Numbered from the stretch's first letter, positions 30,620-40,650 are shown. The stretch is DNA of 64,000 nucleotides from Corynebacterium sp. (GCA_030530985.1 JAUMTX010000003.1:18005-82004); one strand, 5' to 3'. The notes: generated from the sequence alone by a model not told the origin. Numbers and translations are program-made.

Positions 30620-32467
30620 ATGGCCAAGAATTTTGCAGAAGCGACGTTCACTGACCCCGCCAATATCCGTAACTTTTGCATCATTGCCCATATTGACCAC
30701 GGTAAATCCACCCTGGCAGACCGCATTTTGCAGCTGACCGGTGTGGTAGATGCGCGCGATATGCGCGATCAGTATCTCGACAATATGGATATTGAGCGCG
30801 AGCGCGGTATCACCATTAAGGCGCAGAATGTGCGCCTGCCATGGGTGCCACGTTCCGGTGCCTGTGAGGGGCAAGAGATTGTTATGCACCTCATTGATAC
30901 CCCTGGTCACGTGGACTTTACCTATGAGGTTTCCCGTGCCCTTGAGGCCTGTGAGGGTGCCATTTTGCTGGTTGATGCCGCCCAGGGTATTGAGGCCCAG
31001 ACCTTGGCTAATCTGTACTTGGCCATGGAAAATGACCTGGAGATTATTCCGGTTCTGAATAAGATTGACCTTCCTGCGGCCGATCCAGAGAAGTATGCCC
31101 TGGAGATTGCCAATATTATTGGTTGCGAGCCGGAGGATGTTCTCCGCGTATCCGGTAAGACCGGTGAAGGTGTGCCTGAGCTGCTCGATCGTGTATGTGA
31201 GCTTATTCCTGCACCGACCACTGAGGCCCCAGTGGATGCGCCTGCCCGCGCCATGATTTTCGACTCTGTCTATGACACCTACCGTGGTGTGGTCACCTAT
31301 ATTCGTATGGTTGATGGCAAGCTTGAGCCACGTCAGCGCATTAAGATGATGTCCACCGGCGCCACCCACGAGCTTTTGGAGATTGGCATTGTGAGCCCAA
31401 CCCCAAAGAAGTGTGCGGGCCTTGGCCCAGGTGAGGTGGGTTATCTCATTACTGGTGTGAAGGATGTGCGCCAGTCCAAGGTGGGTGATACTGTCACCTG
31501 GGCAACCCGTGGCGCCGAGGAGGCCCTCAAGGGTTATGCCGAGCCAAAGCCAATGGTGTACTCCGGCCTCTTCCCAATCTCCCAGGCGGATTATCCCGAC
31601 CTGCGTGATGCTCTGGAAAAGCTCCAGCTTAACGACGCCGCTCTGACCTTCGAGCCAGAGACCTCTGTGGCCCTTGGTTTTGGTTTCCGATGCGGCTTCC
31701 TGGGCCTGCTTCATATGGAGATTACCCGTGCCCGTTTGGAGCGCGAGTTTGACCTGGATCTGATTTCCACCAGCCCAAGCGTGTCCTACCGTGTGGTTGC
31801 TGAGGATGGCAGTGAAATGATGGTGCATAATCCTTCCGACTGGCCAGCCGGTAAGCTGCGCGAGGTCTGGGAGCCAATTGTGAATACCACCATTATTGTT
31901 CCTAGCGAGTTTGTTGGTACCACCATGGAGTTGTGCCAGTCCAAGCGCGGCCAGATGAAGGGCATGGATTATCTTTCTGAGGATCGTGTGGAGCTGCGCT
32001 ATGTTATGCCGCTTGGTGAGATTATCTTCGACTTCTTTGACCTGCTCAAGAGCCGTACGAGAGGCTACGCATCTCTTAACTATGAGGAGGCTGGCGAGCA
32101 GCAGGCCGATCTGGTCAAGGTGGATATTCTGCTTCAGGGTGATGCGGTGGATGCTTTCTCCGCTATTGTTCACCGTGATAATGCCCAGTGGTATGGCAAT
32201 AAGATGACTGTGAAGCTCAAGGAACTGATTCCTCGCCAGCAGTTCGAGGTGCCAGTGCAGGCTGCTATTGGTTCCAAGATTATTGCCCGTGAGAATATTC
32301 GTGCCCTGCGTAAGGACGTTCTTGCCAAGTGCTACGGTGGCGATATTTCCCGTAAGCGCAAGCTGCTGGAGAAGCAGAAGGAAGGTAAGAAGCGCATGAA
32401 GTCCATTGGTTCGGTCAGCGTGCCACAGGAAGCCTTCGTGGCTGCGCTCTCCACGGATGAGAAGTAG
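30620..32467 (+). CDS. lepA: Elongation factor 4
   Basis: [15 protein letters not shown] is the G1 motif. The unique LepA C-terminal domain is present, and the length is 615 aa. Confidence 0.95.
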   Translation: MAKNFAEATFTDPANIRNFCIIAHIDHGKSTLADRILQLTGVVDARDMRDQYLDNMDIERERGITIKAQNVRLPWVPRSGACEGQEIVMHLIDTPGHVDFTYEVSRALEACEGAILLVDAAQGIEAQTLANLYLAMENDLEIIPVLNKIDLPAADPEKYALEIANIIGCEPEDVLRVSGKTGEGVPELLDRVCELIPAPTTEAPVDAPARAMIFDSVYDTYRGVVTYIRMVDGKLEPRQRIKMMSTGATHELLEIGIVSPTPKKCAGLGPGEVGYLITGVKDVRQSKVGDTVTWATRGAEEALKGYAEPKPMVYSGLFPISQADYPDLRDALEKLQLNDAALTFEPETSVALGFGFRCGFLGLLHMEITRARLEREFDLDLISTSPSVSYRVVAEDGSEMMVHNPSDWPAGKLREVWEPIVNTTIIVPSEFVGTTMELCQSKRGQMKGMDYLSEDRVELRYVMPLGEIIFDFFDLLKSRTRGYASLNYEEAGEQQADLVKVDILLQGDAVDAFSAIVHRDNAQWYGNKMTVKLKELIPRQQFEVPVQAAIGSKIIARENIRALRKDVLAKCYGGDISRKRKLLEKQKEGKKRMKSIGSVSVPQEAFVAALSTDEK

Positions 32468-32476
32468 TATAGAAAT

Positions 32477-32884
32477 ATGTTGAATCACCCAGCTGTCCGC
32501 GATGCTGCATTGCTGATACTGCGCCTTGCTTTAGGTGTGGTTTTTGTCGCGCATGGCTGGGATATTCTTTTTCACACGGGCATTATTGAAACCGCCGGCC
32601 AGTTCAGTGCCGTTGGTGTTCCCGATGCCAAAATAGCTGCCTATGTGGCTTGTGCTGTGCAGCTCATTGCTGGCCTTGGCGTGCTGCTTGGCTTCATAAC
32701 TGGCTTCTTTGCCGGGGTGCTTGCCATCTTTATGTGCTGTGCTTTCTATTTTGTCCACCTGGGGCATGGAATTTTTGTGAACCAGGGTGGTGCAGAATAT
32801 GTGATGGTCATGTTTGCCGCCCTTGTGGTTTTGGTGGTTTTCGGACCTGGCCGTGTGAGTGTTGATGGGGTGTTGACACGATGA
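32477..32884 (+). CDS. DoxX-family membrane protein
   Basis: Four predicted TM helices. The DoxX-like N-terminus is LLILRLALGVVFVAHGW. Confidence 0.75.
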   Translation: MLNHPAVRDAALLILRLALGVVFVAHGWDILFHTGIIETAGQFSAVGVPDAKIAAYVACAVQLIAGLGVLLGFITGFFAGVLAIFMCCAFYFVHLGHGIFVNQGGAEYVMVMFAALVVLVVFGPGRVSVDGVLTR

Positions 32885-33510
32885 TTAGTTGCGAACAGGT
32901 TCAAGCCGCCCTTTCCGCGCGTCTCGACGGCGAAGCAACCAAGCTCAGTGATGATATTGTCGATGCCCACGTCGCCGGATGTGCCGACTGCCAAGCCTTT
33001 TGGGAGCGCGCCCAAGCCCTGCAGATTCAGCTCCAACCTGCCCGTGAGGTGGGGCCGCCACCAAGTTTGGAGGCCGCCATTCTTGCCGGTGTTGAGGAGG
33101 AGAGTCGCCGCCGGGCAGCCACCCGATTTATCCAATTGGTGTGGGGCCGTATTGGTTTGGTCCTCACCGGTTTGGGATTCCTGGCCGTGGCCATCCACAC
33201 CTTGAGCTTTATGGCGGTGGATGATTCCTCCCTCATGATGGATGCCGTGGCCCTCCATTTGAGCCTTGGTGTGGGATTATTCTTTGCTGCTTGGCGGCCA
33301 CGCCTGGCTGGTGGAATGTTCCCCGTCTATGCGGCCCTGTGGTCCTTTAGTTTGGGTTTCCACATGCAGGAGATTTTCTTCGGTGGTTTTGATACCAAGA
33401 TTCTTTTGCTTCTCCCAGCTGTCATTTGTTTGGCGTGGGTGTGGCTGGTGGATTATGGCATTGATGCCTTCACCTATAGCTGGCGCCAACTCGGCTCCCG
33501 TAGTCTTTAG
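32881..33510 (+). CDS. Membrane-bound zf-HC2 anti-sigma factor (putative)
   Basis: The N-terminal HxxxCxxC zinc motif (DAHVAGCADCQ) is followed by about four TM helices. The start overlaps the doxX stop. Confidence 0.6.
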   Translation: MISCEQVQAALSARLDGEATKLSDDIVDAHVAGCADCQAFWERAQALQIQLQPAREVGPPPSLEAAILAGVEEESRRRAATRFIQLVWGRIGLVLTGLGFLAVAIHTLSFMAVDDSSLMMDAVALHLSLGVGLFFAAWRPRLAGGMFPVYAALWSFSLGFHMQEIFFGGFDTKILLLLPAVICLAWVWLVDYGIDAFTYSWRQLGSRSL

Positions 33511-33563
33511 ACACGAAAAAGCTCCTTCCACGTGGAAGGAGCTTTTGTTATTGGTGGCTTAAT

Positions 33564-35264
33564 TTACTTCCAGCTTGGCAGCCACATCAGGCTGTTGTAC
33601 CAGGAGGTCGGAACCATATATCCGTAGAGGATAGGGGACCAGTAGATAAAGGCTGCAACCACAAGGCCCATGTAGATGCACACGGCCAGGGAACCAGGGG
33701 TGAGGTTCAAACGGCCAAAGAAGAGGGCAATCTTAGTACCCAAACCAACCTTGGAGGCGGTGGCTACGGCAGGCGCAGGGCTATCGGCAGGGGCGTCGAG
33801 AAGCTCAGGATCGGCCTGGGCAGCATTCTTTGCCTCAAGAGCAGCCTTGGCCATGGCAGGCCAGTCCTTACCGCGACCCCACAGGTCATGGCAGGCCATG
33901 GCAATCATGACAATGGTAAATGGGATGAGTGCGGCAGCATAGAAGAAGTACATCTGGCGGCCGAAATTGCTAAACCATGGAAGCCAGCCGGCGGCGAAGG
34001 CAACCAGCGGGAGGATATAGCGCTGACGGCGACGAATCACAGCGGAGTACAGGGCCCAGGCAATAGCAGGGACGGTCATCCACCAGATGGCTGGGGTACC
34101 AAAGAGGTAAATCATGCCGGAGCAGGATTCGCCGCCCATGCAGGTGCCATTGGAGGAATAATAAAGAATTGGGCGGGAGGCAACCAGCCAGGACCATGGC
34201 TTAGATTCCCACGGGTGCATATGGCCATTGGCATTGGTCAGGGAAGCATGGAACTTGAGCACCGACTGGTGATAGTAAATCCAGTTGCCCAAGGAATCAG
34301 GGAGCTTAGTCACCCAACCAGTGGCCACACCTTCACGGATGGCGTGGCGGTAGACGGCAGTCTCATCGGAGAACCATGCGCGCCAGGCCCACACATAGAG
34401 CAGCACAGGCATGAGGAAAAGGGAGCCCAGGGCAGGAATGGTGTCGTAGAGCAGGGCGCCAAGCAGTGGGCGCTGCGCCTGATACTTATGGCGCAGATAC
34501 CAGTCCAGGGCCACGCTGAGCACACCGAAGAAAGCAATATAGTAGAGGCCCGACCACTTAACAGATAGGGAGCAACCAATCATGACGCCTTCAGCAAAGC
34601 GCCACCAGCGGAAACCAAAACGAGGACCATAGGCCGAACCCCAGTCGCCGTCGTATTTAAAATAGGCTTCGTGGATGCGGCGGTGCATTTGGTTAAAGTC
34701 CTGGACTGCAAAGAGTGCTGCAGCCACAATAAAGAGGACCTGGAAGATATCCAGCATGCCAAAACGCGAGGTGACGAGCAAAACACCATCGCAGACACCC
34801 AGCACACCGGCAATAGTCATTGCGGTGCGGGAGCGGGAAAGCTGGCGGGCAAGAAGCATAATGAGCAGCACCGTTGTGGTGCCACAAATAGCCGCCATGA
34901 GGCGCCAACCAAGCGGGGAGTAGCCAAAGAAAAACTCACCAATAGCAATAATCTGCTTGGCTAGTGGTGGGTGCACAACCAGGCCATAGCCCGGGTTGAG
35001 TTCAATGCCGCCGGTAATAAAATTGGAGGCATCCTTGACCATATCGAAGGCCTGCGGAACATAGTGCTTTTCATCAAAGACTGGGGTGCCAGTCGCAGTG
35101 GCCGCGGTGAGGCGGAAAAAGCGGGTCAGCAGGGTGATAGTGGCGAAAACCAGGAGGATAGTTGTATCAGTAGCAGTCCATGCAAGTTTGCGTGGAATGC
35201 GCAGGATAACCGCCTGGCGTGGTTCTTTTTTCTTTGCAATTGCTCGTCGCGTGGCTATAGTCAC
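33564..35264 (-). CDS. pmt: Protein O-mannosyltransferase (GT39 family)
   Basis: A large polytopic protein with the GT39 N-terminal loop (DEKHYVPQA...). It lies divergent from rsmI, as in the Rv1002c/Rv1003 arrangement. Confidence 0.8.
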   Translation of the reverse strand: MTIATRRAIAKKKEPRQAVILRIPRKLAWTATDTTILLVFATITLLTRFFRLTAATATGTPVFDEKHYVPQAFDMVKDASNFITGGIELNPGYGLVVHPPLAKQIIAIGEFFFGYSPLGWRLMAAICGTTTVLLIMLLARQLSRSRTAMTIAGVLGVCDGVLLVTSRFGMLDIFQVLFIVAAALFAVQDFNQMHRRIHEAYFKYDGDWGSAYGPRFGFRWWRFAEGVMIGCSLSVKWSGLYYIAFFGVLSVALDWYLRHKYQAQRPLLGALLYDTIPALGSLFLMPVLLYVWAWRAWFSDETAVYRHAIREGVATGWVTKLPDSLGNWIYYHQSVLKFHASLTNANGHMHPWESKPWSWLVASRPILYYSSNGTCMGGESCSGMIYLFGTPAIWWMTVPAIAWALYSAVIRRRQRYILPLVAFAAGWLPWFSNFGRQMYFFYAAALIPFTIVMIAMACHDLWGRGKDWPAMAKAALEAKNAAQADPELLDAPADSPAPAVATASKVGLGTKIALFFGRLNLTPGSLAVCIYMGLVVAAFIYWSPILYGYMVPTSWYNSLMWLPSWK

Positions 35265-35313
35265 GGATACTATTCTATGTCAATATCCCCCTGCGGGTTA
35301 TATCATTGGGATT

Positions 35314-36162
35314 ATGGATTCCTCTTACACGCTTCCGCAGGGCATTATTATTGCAGCGACCCCACTGGGCAATATTGATGATGCATCCCCACGCCTCAAG
35401 GTCGCCCTGGAGCGGGCCACCGTGGTGGCTGCGGAGGATACGCGCCGCACAAAGAACCTGGCGCAGGCCCTTGGCGTGGTCATTAGTGGCCAGATTGTGT
35501 CCAATTTTGACCATAATGAGGCCAGCCGTGTGCCTATGCTTCTCGACGCTGCCCGTACAGGCACAGTCCTTGTTGTCACCGATGCCGGTATGCCGAGCGT
35601 CTCGGACCCTGGTTTCCCTCTAGTTGAGGCCGCCTATGAGGCCGGCGTTCCTGTTACCTGTTTCCCCGGCCCATCGGCCGTACCAACCGCTCTTGCCTTG
35701 AGTGGTTTCGGTGTGGGGCATTTTATCTTTGATGGATTCGCCCCACGCAAGAAGGGACAGCGCGAGGCCTGGTTGCAGAGCCTTGTGGGGGAGAAGCGTG
35801 CCGTATGCTTCTTTGAATCCCCTCACCGTATTGCAGCGACCCTGGCTGATATTGCCACTATTCTTGGGGATTCGCGCAGGGTTGCTGTCTGCCGTGAGCT
35901 CACCAAGACCTATGAGGAGGTGCGCAGGGGTAGTGCCAGTGAACTTGCTACCTGGGCGGCCGATGGCGTGAAGGGTGAGATTTCCGTTGTTATTGAAGGT
36001 GCTACCGCTGGGGTAGTAGAAGTGGACTTTGATAGTGCCGTGGATGAGGTTGTGGCCAAGGCTGAGGCAGGTATGAGGCTCAAAGCTGCAGCTGAGGAAG
36101 TGGCGACTGCTACTGGCCTGAGCAAGAAGGAGCTTTATAATGCAGCTGTCGCTAAGAAGTAA
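35314..36162 (+). CDS. rsmI: 16S rRNA (cytidine1402-2'-O)-methyltransferase
   Basis: The tetrapyrrole-methylase fold is present (LYIVATPLGNIDD-like IIAATPLGNIDDASPR; DAGMPSVSDPG). The start is the ATG at 35314; the track ORF from 35086 overlaps pmt. Confidence 0.85.
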   Translation: MDSSYTLPQGIIIAATPLGNIDDASPRLKVALERATVVAAEDTRRTKNLAQALGVVISGQIVSNFDHNEASRVPMLLDAARTGTVLVVTDAGMPSVSDPGFPLVEAAYEAGVPVTCFPGPSAVPTALALSGFGVGHFIFDGFAPRKKGQREAWLQSLVGEKRAVCFFESPHRIAATLADIATILGDSRRVAVCRELTKTYEEVRRGSASELATWAADGVKGEISVVIEGATAGVVEVDFDSAVDEVVAKAEAGMRLKAAAEEVATATGLSKKELYNAAVAKK

Positions 36163-36301
36163 TTGTTATGGTTCCGTTAATTTTAATAGTGTAAACCCAG
36201 CATAATTGGGGGTAGTCGGGGGTAAAATTTGGTAACAGATTGATAACATTCACTGGTTTACAAGCCTTTTTATAGAGGTCGTTCTTGATATAGCTTAGGT
36301 T

Positions 36302-38119
36302 ATGCTTCATGCTAGATATATGAACGAATCCGACCCAATTAAAAAGACATCAGCGCAGTCGCTGGCTGCCGCGCAGCAAGATCCTGCGCCAGATGCTGAT
36401 CTGTCCAACACGGCCGGTGAGGCGATCTCCGCCACCCAGCAGCTGGCCGCTATGCTCGACCAAAAGCATGAAATCCCTGCCGATAATGCTCTCGGCGGCG
36501 GTGACTATGTTTATGACGAAGACCATCCTAATGTGGACTGGAAAGTCGTCGGACCAACCATCGCTATCATTTTGGCGGTTGTGGTCTGGGGTCTTGCTAG
36601 CCCAACGACTTTCACCGATTATGTAGCAACAGCCCTTGCGTGGATTGTTGATAGTTTCGGTTGGGCCTTTGTGCTCTTTAGCACGATGTTCCTGGTCTGT
36701 ATTCTATGCATCGCCGCATCCCGTTTCGGTAATATCCGCCTTGGCGGTGACCAAGAAGGACCAGAATTCAGTACCCCAAGCTGGATTGCCATGATGTTTG
36801 CCGCAGGTATGGGCATTGGTCTCATGTTCTACGGCACGACTGAGCCACTGACCTTCTTCCGTAATGGTGTTCCTAGCCATGGCTCCGGTGAAGTCTCTAC
36901 TGCCTTTGCTCAAACACTCTTCCACTGGACGCTGCATCCATGGGCAATCTACGCCATTGTTGGTCTAGCTATTGCTTATAGCACCTACCGTATGGGCCGT
37001 AAGCAGCTCATTAGCTCCGCCTTCACCCCATTGATTGGTGAGAAGCGTGCCGATGGCTGGCTTGGTCGCATCATTGACATTCTCTCCATTATTGCCACTG
37101 TTTTTGGTACCGCTGCTTCCTTGGGCATTGGTGCCACCCAGATTAGTGCTGGTCTTGACCGTTCCGGTCTTGTTAAAGACCCAAGCATGAATGTCATTAT
37201 TTGCATTGTTCTTGTATTGACCTTCGCCTTTGTACTCTCTGCTGTTAGTGGTGTGGGTAAGGGCATTCAGTATGTGTCCAATGCCAATATGGTGATGGCT
37301 GCGGTCCTGGCAATCTTTGTATTCCTTCTTGGCCCAACAGTTAATATCCTCAATATTCTCCCAACCGCATTGGGCGGATACTTCCAGGAATTCTTTGAAA
37401 TGGCCTCCCGCACCAGCGACTCCAATGGTGAAAATGTTGGTGGCTGGCTTTCCTCCTGGACCATCTTCTACTGGGCATGGTGGATCTCTTGGAGCCCATT
37501 CGTAGGTATGTTCTTGGCTCGTATTTCCCGTGGCCGTACTATCCGTGAGTTCATTGTTGGTGTGACCATTGTGCCGTCCATTCTCTCCCTGGTGTGGTTC
37601 TCCATCTTTGGTGGCACCGCTGTTCACCTGGAGCGTGTGGGCGAGTCTATCTGGGGTGAGGGTGACTCTCGCTCCCAGCTCTTTGACCTGCTCCACACTC
37701 TGCCTGCTGGCTTCATTGCCGGCATTGTAGCCATGGTTCTGCTGGCCACCTTCTTCATCACCTCTGCAGACTCTGCTTCTGCAGTGATGGGTACCTTGAG
37801 CCAGCATGGTCGCCTTGACCCATCCGGTTGGGTAGCTGCCTTCTGGGGCCTTTCCACCGCAGCCATTGGTATCACCCTGCTGCTTACCGGTGGTAGTGCA
37901 TCCCTGAATAACCTCCAGTACATGACCATTATTGTGGCAAGCCCATTCTTGCTCATCATTATTGGTCTGATGGTTGCCCTGGTCAAGGGTCTGCGTGAAG
38001 ACCCAATCTACCTGGACCACCGCGAGCAGCAGCGCTTCGCTATGCAGCTTGCACGTGAGCGCCGCATTCATGCTGAAGCCGTTCGCCGCGAATGGAAGAA
38101 GCACCATCACTGGGATTAA
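36302..38119 (+). CDS. BCCT-family (betaine/carnitine/choline) transporter
   Basis: The BCCT signature [24 protein letters not shown] is present. There are 12 TM helices and a charged C-terminal tail. Confidence 0.85.
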   Translation: MLHARYMNESDPIKKTSAQSLAAAQQDPAPDADLSNTAGEAISATQQLAAMLDQKHEIPADNALGGGDYVYDEDHPNVDWKVVGPTIAIILAVVVWGLASPTTFTDYVATALAWIVDSFGWAFVLFSTMFLVCILCIAASRFGNIRLGGDQEGPEFSTPSWIAMMFAAGMGIGLMFYGTTEPLTFFRNGVPSHGSGEVSTAFAQTLFHWTLHPWAIYAIVGLAIAYSTYRMGRKQLISSAFTPLIGEKRADGWLGRIIDILSIIATVFGTAASLGIGATQISAGLDRSGLVKDPSMNVIICIVLVLTFAFVLSAVSGVGKGIQYVSNANMVMAAVLAIFVFLLGPTVNILNILPTALGGYFQEFFEMASRTSDSNGENVGGWLSSWTIFYWAWWISWSPFVGMFLARISRGRTIREFIVGVTIVPSILSLVWFSIFGGTAVHLERVGESIWGEGDSRSQLFDLLHTLPAGFIAGIVAMVLLATFFITSADSASAVMGTLSQHGRLDPSGWVAAFWGLSTAAIGITLLLTGGSASLNNLQYMTIIVASPFLLIIIGLMVALVKGLREDPIYLDHREQQRFAMQLARERRIHAEAVRREWKKHHHWD

Positions 38120-38147
38120 TCCTCCTGTAGCCAGGAGTTCCTAATGA

Positions 38148-38181
38148 GGACCCAAGCTATATGCTTGGGCCCTTTTGTTTT
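38148..38181 (+). terminator. Rho-independent terminator after the BCCT gene (GGACCCAAGC-tatat-GCTTGGGCCC + TTTTGTTTT)
   Basis: Seen directly in the sequence; the stem has one mismatch. Confidence 0.7.
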
Positions 38182-38269
38182 GGGTCTATCAGATTTGATT
38201 CTGGTGGAGTATAATGGGAGGTAACAAACAGAATAACGCTACCGTTCACTCGCCATAGGAGGAGGAGAA

Positions 38270-38623
38270 ATGACACACGCTACTGTTAAAGAACCAGGCT
38301 TCATTATCCGCATGCTTCCATTCATCGGAACCTATGTGGTTGCCTTCAATGTATCGTCCACCCTGAATGCAGAATCCATTAGCGGACTCTTCCTCATCTA
38401 TCTGGCAGTTATTGCAGTGGCTGCGATCGCCGTTATGGCATGGCTCCAAGTCAAGTACCCTAAGCCAAAGCGCCTCAAGGTATTCTTTGTTTACTCCGTT
38501 GGCCTATTGTGCTACGGCCTCATATTCCCAACAGGCTGGACTCGGTTTGTCATGATGCTGCTCGTACTGGCCTTCTTCTACCACCAGCTCAAAGCTAGCT
38601 ACAAAGACGAGAGCATAATCTAG
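38270..38623 (+). CDS. Small integral membrane protein (117 aa, 3-4 TM), unknown function
   Basis: A strong RBS (GGAGGAGGAG) and a TATAAT -10 lie upstream. GC content is lower than the neighbouring genes. Confidence 0.6.
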   Translation: MTHATVKEPGFIIRMLPFIGTYVVAFNVSSTLNAESISGLFLIYLAVIAVAAIAVMAWLQVKYPKPKRLKVFFVYSVGLLCYGLIFPTGWTRFVMMLLVLAFFYHQLKASYKDESII

Positions 38624-38721
38624 TATTCACCAGAGGCCCTGTCACCATTCGGTGGCAGGGTCTTTGCTATACTTAACCTCGTTCATATTTCCTAGTCGGA
38701 GGACTATATTCAGTTGATTCG

Positions 38722-38777
38722 CTAATCTCCACCCCCAGCTGTATAAACAGCCCATTTCTATACCCTTTGGAGATTAG
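38722..38777 (+). promoter_or_regulatory. 9-bp inverted repeat CTAATCTCC...GGAGATTAG spanning the ABC-F 5' region; the 3' arm contains the ABC-F Shine-Dalgarno
   Basis: Seen directly in the sequence. A 3-codon uORF (TTG ATT CGC TAA at 38714-38725) with an upstream GGAGG overlaps the 5' arm. Confidence 0.4.
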
Positions 38778-38779
38778 AC

Positions 38780-40261
38780 ATGTCACAGATTCAACTGCAC
38801 AATATTTCTTTTTCCTATTCCTCCGAGCCACTTCTGCACAATATTTCCCTCCACATTGGTGAAGGGGAGCGCGCCTGTATTCTCGGCCCTAATGGCAGCG
38901 GCAAAACCACCCTTCTCAAAATCATTGGTGGGCTCATTAGCCCAGACCAGGGCAGTGTTAATGGCAATGCTGTTCTTGAGGGCATTCCTGATACCGGCAC
39001 TGTGGAGCAATTCCTGCGCAGCCGCCTTGCGCAGAGCTTCGACACCATTGAAAATTTCAATGCGTCCCTAGCTACTGAGTCACTAGCCACCATGGGTGAA
39101 GACTATGATGCACTACTCACTGAAATGAGTGCCAAGAACCTGTGGGATATTGACCTGCGAATTCAAGAGGCCCTTGGTGATATTGACCGCGCCCAGAAAA
39201 TGGAGGAGCTCTCCCCAGGACAGCGCGCTCGACTGGGACTCGCTGTCATTGGTATTGCCCAGCCTGAGGTGCTGGTGCTCGATGAGCCAACCAACCACCT
39301 GGATAGCCAAGCGGTAGAGGAGCTCATTGCCATGGTGCGCGGATGGAATGGCCCCGTCATTATGGTGAGTCACGACCGTGCCTTTATCGAGGCCACAGCC
39401 ACAGTCATCTATGACCTCGACGTGGACTGCTGGCAGGCATTGGCTACGGCCAAGGGTGAAAACCTGGGTGGAATCTACCGCTGCAATGGCACCTATAGCG
39501 ACTATATGCGTGAAAAGACTGCTGCCCGTGAAGCCCATAAGGAAATTCATGCACGCCAGCAAAATGACAAGAAAGTGATTAATGCCCATAAAGAAGCCAG
39601 CGAAAAAATAGCAGGTGGTGGCACCAAGCTTGCGCAGGCTACCGGTATTTACAAGAAATTCTATTCCGATAAGGCCTCGGCCACAGCGAGGAATAGGACG
39701 CGCTCTGATGACCGCAAGCTTGAAGAGCTACAGGGCAGGGAAGTGCGAAAGCCCCGTGAGGCCGGCTTCGACTTTGAGATTCCAGCAGTGTCCCCGCGAG
39801 CAGGTATTGCCCTAGGGGAATGCAACCTTGCTTATGGTGAGCATCTGCTTGTCACCGGGCCAAATGGCATTGGTAAATCCACCTGGCTGCGCGACATAGT
39901 CGCAGCCAACCCAGAGCGAGTCACCTATATTCCGCAGGCTTTGCCCAAGCCGACGGAGCAGATAATAGGGGAGCGTGGTAAGGGCTTTATTCACCCACGC
40001 CTATGGTCGGTGCCAATCAAAGACCTCTCAGCCGGCAATGCGCGCCGGGCCCAATTGGCCCTGGCTATTGCACAAAAGCCAGAGATTCTGATTATTGATG
40101 AACCAACTAACTACTTGGATGTGGATAGCGTCGAAAAGCTAGAAGAGGAACTGAAAAAGTGGAATGGGACGCTCGTTGTAGCAACCCACGACACGTGGCT
40201 CATTGACCATTGGGAAGGCCAGCACCTACGCCTTCCCCTCCAAATCCTCGATGGAGAATAG
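38780..40261 (+). CDS. ABC-F family ATPase (two tandem ABC domains, no TMD); short, with degenerate signature motifs
   Basis: The Walker A motifs are GPNGSGKTT and GPNGIGKST. The signature motifs read LSPGQ and LSAGN rather than LSGGQ. The interdomain linker is about 130 aa. Confidence 0.8.
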   Translation: MSQIQLHNISFSYSSEPLLHNISLHIGEGERACILGPNGSGKTTLLKIIGGLISPDQGSVNGNAVLEGIPDTGTVEQFLRSRLAQSFDTIENFNASLATESLATMGEDYDALLTEMSAKNLWDIDLRIQEALGDIDRAQKMEELSPGQRARLGLAVIGIAQPEVLVLDEPTNHLDSQAVEELIAMVRGWNGPVIMVSHDRAFIEATATVIYDLDVDCWQALATAKGENLGGIYRCNGTYSDYMREKTAAREAHKEIHARQQNDKKVINAHKEASEKIAGGGTKLAQATGIYKKFYSDKASATARNRTRSDDRKLEELQGREVRKPREAGFDFEIPAVSPRAGIALGECNLAYGEHLLVTGPNGIGKSTWLRDIVAANPERVTYIPQALPKPTEQIIGERGKGFIHPRLWSVPIKDLSAGNARRAQLALAIAQKPEILIIDEPTNYLDVDSVEKLEEELKKWNGTLVVATHDTWLIDHWEGQHLRLPLQILDGE

Positions 40262-40561
40262 GGCGGGCTGGTCATCATCGAAATTCGGTGCTGCCAGGTC
40301 AATAGCCATTTTCAAGGCTTCAAGGTCGCGGGGCTCAACCCAATAGAGAACGGTGCTGAGCCTGCGGCCATTTTTATTTAGATCGCGATAACGCGCACGG
40401 TTCAAAGGAAAAATAGTATTGCGCATCAGCATCAAAACCTCATCGCTGATTTCGGCGCGCTTAACTACTTCCTTGTCATCAAGGCCATGAAGGAAGAGGG
40501 TGAATACCTCCTCTAGCTTGGACAATAGCTCCTTATTCGACATAGCTTTTGCTTTCCACAT
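40226..40561 (-). CDS. Hypothetical protein (111 aa); its 3' end overlaps the convergent ABC-F gene by 36 bp
   Basis: The ORF has lower-GC codon usage and no recognisable domain. The start is probably at MSNKELL. Confidence 0.4.
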   Translation of the reverse strand: MWKAKAMSNKELLSKLEEVFTLFLHGLDDKEVVKRAEISDEVLMLMRNTIFPLNRARYRDLNKNGRRLSTVLYWVEPRDLEALKMAIDLAAPNFDDDQPALFSIEDLEGKA

Positions 40562-40614
40562 ACTTATATTTTCACTGCTAAAGCTTTAGTTAGCAAACCG
40601 AAAGATAATAGGAT

Positions 40615-40632
40615 TTGTTGATTCATCAACAA
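40615..40632. promoter_or_regulatory. Perfect 18-bp palindrome TTGTTGATTCATCAACAA in the divergent promoter upstream of the FMN reductase gene
   Basis: Seen directly in the sequence; likely a transcription-factor operator. Confidence 0.55.
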
Positions 40633-40650
40633 TCTGTTAAAGTGTGTCCT

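Noticed and set aside
29905-30726. 273-aa minus-strand ORF overlapping the MazF-like ORF and the lepA start
   Set aside because: Its Pro/Arg/Trp-rich composition is typical of an off-frame artefact. The 176-aa ORF in the other frame has a recognisable MazF-like core and a sensible boundary before lepA.
35086-35313. Upstream extension of the rsmI ORF overlapping the pmt 5' end
   Set aside because: The conserved RsmI sequence begins near MDSSYTLPQGIIIAATPLGN. The extension would overlap the divergent pmt coding region by about 180 bp.
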